A stretch of DNA of 25,135 bases, from the NCBI GenBank assembly GCA_000934665.2, contig KZ538082.1:124001-149135 (forward strand), in the 5' to 3' direction. A model generated the notes under the pieces. The model did not search any database. It saw only the letters and a program-made list of their open reading frames with translations, and was not told the DNA's origin. This stretch comes from Catajapyx aquilonaris. Lineage: Eukaryota. Of the stretch, positions 21,100-25,135 are shown piece after piece. Each line of letters opens with the position of its first letter. Within the stretch, counting starts at the first letter, position 1. A program made the position numbers and the translations under genes.

Positions 21100-21850
21100 T
21101 TTTTGCGACCCACAATGTTCAAGATGTAGCGCGTTCATGTATGTCCTGTCGTGGTGCTACATTGAGGCCACACTTTTGGGCCACACCATCTCATCTGGAA
21201 GGCACGACGAAGTGCTTGATACGATACCCATTTGAAAGTCGCGGACACGAGGTGAATACGATACCCAATGTTCCCACCCCCAGAGCACCCCTCCTTTGTG
21301 TCGCTAAAAAGGAGCGTGCATGGCCGCACTATTAAACGTTATATGACATCGGGATATTCTTACTCTCGACGTGTGACTAGATCCCTAGTTTGCTGTGTTT
21401 TATTTTCCCCACCCTCTTTACCATCCCCTCTTTCTGGCGGGCGCTCTCCTTCCCTCCCTTTCTGTTGGCAACACTGAGGCGTCCATATTGGCTGAGCGAG
21501 GCATCCATCGCTCCTCGTCGAACGTCGATCTTCGTCCGTCCGACGGTCTCTCTGTCGGTGGAGCCTCGCCTCGTTCCCCAGCAATTTGATCAGTCCCTGT
21601 CGGTGTTCATCTATCTCACGGAGGGTGTGCCGGTGAGACCCCGCCAGATCCACACGGACAACAGGCCAGCCACCATCCCATACTCGTGGAAATGGCAGAG
21701 GAAGACGAGTGCGTGATATTGTCCGACGACGAGGAGGAGGAGGCGGAGGAGGGCCACCAGGAGGGGCAACAAGGATTCAAGAGGGTGCCGGTCATTGCGG
21801 TAATACTTGCTTGCACGCACGTGTTGGGGGCCGATCAGCACCCCCCTATC
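21100..21850 (+). promoter_or_regulatory. CpG-rich island, probable Daxx promoter and 5'UTR
   Basis: At least 13 CpG in 21481-21600, against CpG-poor flanks. An inverted CCAAT (ATTGG) lies at 21487-21491 and an Inr-like TCAGTC at 21590-21595, about 100 nt before the ATG. The boundaries are approximate. Confidence 0.55.
21692..21799 (+). CDS. Daxx: Daxx-like coding exon 1 with N-terminal SUMO-interacting motif
   Basis: MAEEDECVILSDDEEEE resembles the DAXX N-terminal SIM (hydrophobic core plus acidic run) and lies at the end of a CpG-rich island. The best donor is GCG|GTAATA at 21800 (phase 0). A weaker in-phase alternative is AGG|GTGCCG at 21785. Confidence 0.65.
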
Positions 21851-22695
21851 CTAAAGACAACTTGCAGATTAGTCCTGCCTCCTGTCTGGTGTGATCTAAC
21901 ATGTGGCCCCGTTCCTTGCCCACTGATCCAGGAAATGGAGACAATGCGTTTCTTGCTTAGCACTCAAAATGTGTGGCCTCACATTTCTTGACCTTGTGGA
22001 TCTAGGAAAACTGATCTGGAAGAGTGGCTAGTTTTTAAGTGGTTTGGCTGTGTACTGTCTACCTGGCTGAATTAATTCAGCATTTCACAGCCAGGGAAAT
22101 ATTTCAAATAAAATTAAATGAATGCTCCTTACAGTTGCAGCACAATGTTTGACCACACCCCGAATCAATATTATAGCCATTACACTTGCCCTAATTGATT
22201 TTCTGAAAATAAGCACCAGCAGAGCCTTGGCCCAGTCAGTGAGACAACCGGGAGAGTTATTTACAGGGTGTGTTTGGAAGCAGGACAAGTGATTTTAATT
22301 GTTGGGTGATGAGCCCAGGCCACGTGCAATGTCAGGGGGAGTGCAGTCACATGTTTCACTGACCCAGAGAACTGACATGTGTTAAGTGCAGCCTATTAGA
22401 AACCCTGGTTGGCATGATGATAGGCACAACTGCACAAGACACACTCCACACTTCCTAGCAACGAGGAGCATAATGGGAGCTAGTAGATGAGAATGGAGAC
22501 TATCAAATGAAGTGACGTTTATAGCCATGCCTCAAAAAACCATGATACGTCACGGCTAGCCATAAGAAACTTTTCAGTGATGATCGTTGATCTGCGTCCT
22601 GTTCGGATTACCTTATAGACGTGTGCATCAAACTTGTACTTCCTCTTACCAACAACAATGTAGCAAGTTTTAAAGGTGTTAACTTTTTTTTTCAG

Positions 22696-22830
22696 AATGT
22701 GATGTCCCTGAAGCCTAAAACTGACCCTGGAGGCAATAAACCCACAATTAACCTCTGTGATGATGAAATAGAAATAATCAAAGAGGTGGATCCACTGGAT
22801 GCGTCAGAATCCCGGACTCTAATAGACAAG
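22696..22830 (+). CDS. Daxx: Daxx-like coding exon 2
   Basis: Acceptor TTTTTTTTTCAG| (AG 22694-22695), phase 0. It encodes NVMSLKP...INLCDDEIEIIKEVD...RTLIDK. Donor AAG|GTGCGA at 22831 is phase 0. RTLIDK joined to VLLVCK gives the first helix of the Daxx helical bundle. Confidence 0.78.
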
Positions 22831-23021
22831 GTGCGACCAACAAAGAAATATATTGTAATTTGGGTTACTATGTTGACTGTGAATATAAGTCTTGGCTATA
22901 ACAAACTCTCGCTTATAGCAGACTCATTTCCGCAGTCCCTTGAATTATGTTATCCTGAGTCTACTGTATATGCATGCAAGTAGGAATATATCATAACTAA
23001 GTGAACTCTCTGATATTGCAG

Positions 23022-23565
23022 GTCTTGCTGGTTTGCAAACCTCACACTACACCAAAGGAGCATGACAGGTTGAGCCGGAAGGTTCTTAAGCACTATGGCA
23101 AGGCTCAGCGGTCCTACCTGACCTCACCTGGCTTCCTGTTAGTACTCAAAAATACAGTGGCCAAGCTAGAGGATGATCCCAAGGATCTTTTTGTTCACCT
23201 ACGAGACATAGTGGATGACCTCAGGTCATGGAGCAGACCATTTTCCAATCGCTGCAAGCTCCTTCCATCTCCAAAGAAGGAGGAGGCTGCAAACGAGGGT
23301 AGTCCTGTTGCAGGTGGATCTGGTGAGAGGAAGCCAGCATCTGAGAAGCATGCTCGGAGATTAGAACGTTTGATGGAGAAACTGTCTAAGAAAATACAGG
23401 AACTGGAGGCACAGGACTTTGATCTGGATGAAGATAAATCCAGCGCATATATGATGGAGGACAAATTCAAGAAAAGATACATGCTGGTCTTTTACAAGTA
23501 CTGTCAGATCACAGGCACGTCTAGGAAAATAGGGCGACATCTAGACAGGAAGATACGCTTCACAG
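23022..23565 (+). CDS. Daxx: Daxx-like coding exon 3: Daxx helical bundle and first half of the histone H3.3-binding domain; gene probably continues beyond the window
   Basis: Acceptor TGCAG| (AG 23020-23021). LVCK...YLTSPGF...PKDLFVHLRDIVDDLRS matches the Daxx helical bundle pattern. SEKHARRLERLMEKLSKKIQELEAQDFDLDEDKSSAYMMEDKFKKR...GRHLDRKIRFTG matches the Daxx histone-binding domain (recognised from memory of the family, not by search). Donor ACA G|GTCAGT at 23566, phase 1. Confidence 0.88.
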
Positions 23566-23911
23566 GTCAGTTGCTGAATGCTCGAATTAAGTAAATATAC
23601 TTTTTGAATGGGCCCTTTTCTTCCCAAGTCCTATGAGTAATGCACCTGATACCACCTTAAGGAAATCGTGATTGCACAAAAACTGGAAATGAATTTTTAA
23701 TAACAGTGGGAGCATGTTTAGCCTTAACGAAGATCTAAGAAGTTTGCGTTTGCCTCTCTAATAGGTTCTGACATTTCTCACCTGTCTGACCTTCAACACG
23801 ACCTTACAGGGTTCAATTTTTGACACTTTTTAGGACGTTGCAGTAGAGGACCATGAAACCGAAATCATAAAAATGGTTGAAACTGCTTTGTAGGGCTTGG
23901 AAGTTACGAAC

Positions 23912-23979
23912 TTTTTTTTGTTGTTGTTGTTGTTTGTTTGTTTGTTTGTTTGTTTGTTTTTTGTTTTGTTTTTGTTTTT
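23912..23979. repeat. Compound (GTT)n/(GTTT)n/(GTTTT)n simple repeat in the Daxx intron
   Basis: Directly visible T-rich tandem repeat. Confidence 0.9.
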
Positions 23980-24068
23980 AAATTCAAGGCAGCACATTCG
24001 AATCAATTGAACTTGCCTTTTAATTCATGGTATTTTGTGGCACAGGCATTACGTTGCCCCTTAATATA

Positions 24069-24616
24069 CAGGGTGTATCAGAGTCACGGGTCAAGCGAGT
24101 GCGAGGGGGTGGGGAAAAATCGTAGGTGGCGACAACCCCGGTCGGTTTTATAAAACAATTAGAAATACGGCAGTAATCAATTTATTTAATCACGGTCTAC
24201 GGCGTGACGTCACGTCCAATCAGCTTGAATCGGTCAGGTGGGCTGGCAACAGTCAAGGTAAATTTGTACCTGGTTGTACAGGTTTTCAGCCTTGCGGGTT
24301 GCACTGAAAAAGGCTACGCCGGCAGGGTACTGAACACACTACAGTAGTGTGTTCAGTACCCTGCCGGTATAGCCTTTTTCAGTGCAACCCGCAAGGCTTT
24401 TACCCATACAACCTGGTTCAAATTTACCTTGACTCTTGCCAGCCCACCTGACCGATTCAAGCTGATTGGACGTGACGTCACGCCGTAGACCGTGATTAAA
24501 TAAATTGATTACTGCCGTATTTCTAATTGTTTTATAAAACCGACCGGGGTTGTCGCCACCTACGATTTTTCCCCACCCCCTCGCACTCGCTTGACCCGTG
24601 ACTCTGATACACCCTG
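24069..24616. mobile_element. Non-autonomous Tc1/mariner-type foldback MITE, 548 bp, near-perfect palindrome
   Basis: Termini are TA|CAGGGTG...CACCCTG|TA, with TA target-site duplication at 24067-24068 and 24617-24618. Arms 24069-24342 and 24344-24616 are reverse complements around a single A at 24343. The outer 181 bp match perfectly. There is no transposase ORF. Confidence 0.88.
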
Positions 24617-25135
24617 TATAGAAAACGATGCTGTCGTATTTCATTTCATTGCACGTATTATTCACAACTTGGGATTTATCTACAGTATAATATTAAAATC
24701 CTAAAGTGTTTGAAGCAACCTTCTGATTGGTCCCCCGCTTATTGTGTCTGCCACTTCTTCCTATTGGCCCTCGTCCATTGTTACTGTGACAGTGTTCGAA
24801 ATTGGGATACATAGGCAGGTCGCCAGTGGCACCTGATATGTATAGCATGGTCGCCAAAACTGTATGTCTAGTCGCCATTATTTTATTTTATTATAATATT
24901 ATGTCATTACTGTTCCATAGCACGAAATCGCATATAGTTATAGTGTACAGCGTTAATGTGCTTCACAATTCAGAAGCATATTTTAGTATTTTACCAACTG
25001 CTTCTTTTTAGACACGGAACTGCAATAATAGCCTACACCAATCACATCAATGATGGATTCACGGGATTCCTCGGTGTTGATTTTATGCTGGCAGACTCCT
25101 CTTCTTCCTCGTCAGCTGGTTTGCTGACTTTGGCA

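Noticed and set aside
24339..24665. 108-aa minus-strand ORF in the MITE as a transposase
   Set aside because: It is too short, has no DDE/D or HTH motif, and starts outside the element.
23834..25135. Candidate acceptors for Daxx exon 4 (AG ending at 23833, 24045 and 25011)
   Set aside because: In the required phase 1 they hit early stops or run into the MITE, and none encodes the expected continuation of the histone-binding domain.
1..25135. CRISPR array, tRNA/rRNA genes, or prokaryotic operon/defence-type system
   Set aside because: There are no spaced direct repeats or recognisable structural RNAs, and the window is spliced eukaryotic DNA.

Overview
Eukaryotic genomic DNA, most likely from an arthropod with gene-body CpG methylation. 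It holds two protein-coding genes, both on the + strand. The first is the nuclear receptor Hr39 (FTZ-F1beta/NR5B1). Its complete CDS lies in four phase-compatible GT-AG exons (13553-14057, 15329-15636, 16257-17844, 18039-18283; 881 aa). The second is the 5' part of a Daxx orthologue (exons 21692-21799, 22696-22830, 23022-23565), which probably continues beyond the window. The first ~13.3 kb has no credible coding sequence. It is CpG-rich and strongly enriched for AAGGTC(A/G) nuclear-receptor half-sites, so it looks like an Hr39 auto- or cross-regulatory domain. The Hr39 leader has chained ATGA stop-start uORFs followed by a G-quadruplex-prone poly-Gly tract. A 548-bp Tc1/mariner-type MITE that is almost a perfect palindrome (1-nt centre) lies in the Daxx intron. 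Smaller hairpins occur at 164-247 and 19168-19223. No RNA genes, CRISPR arrays or transposase ORFs are visible, and I found no evidence of a wholly new gene system. The best leads are regulatory and structural. All motif counts were made by eye.
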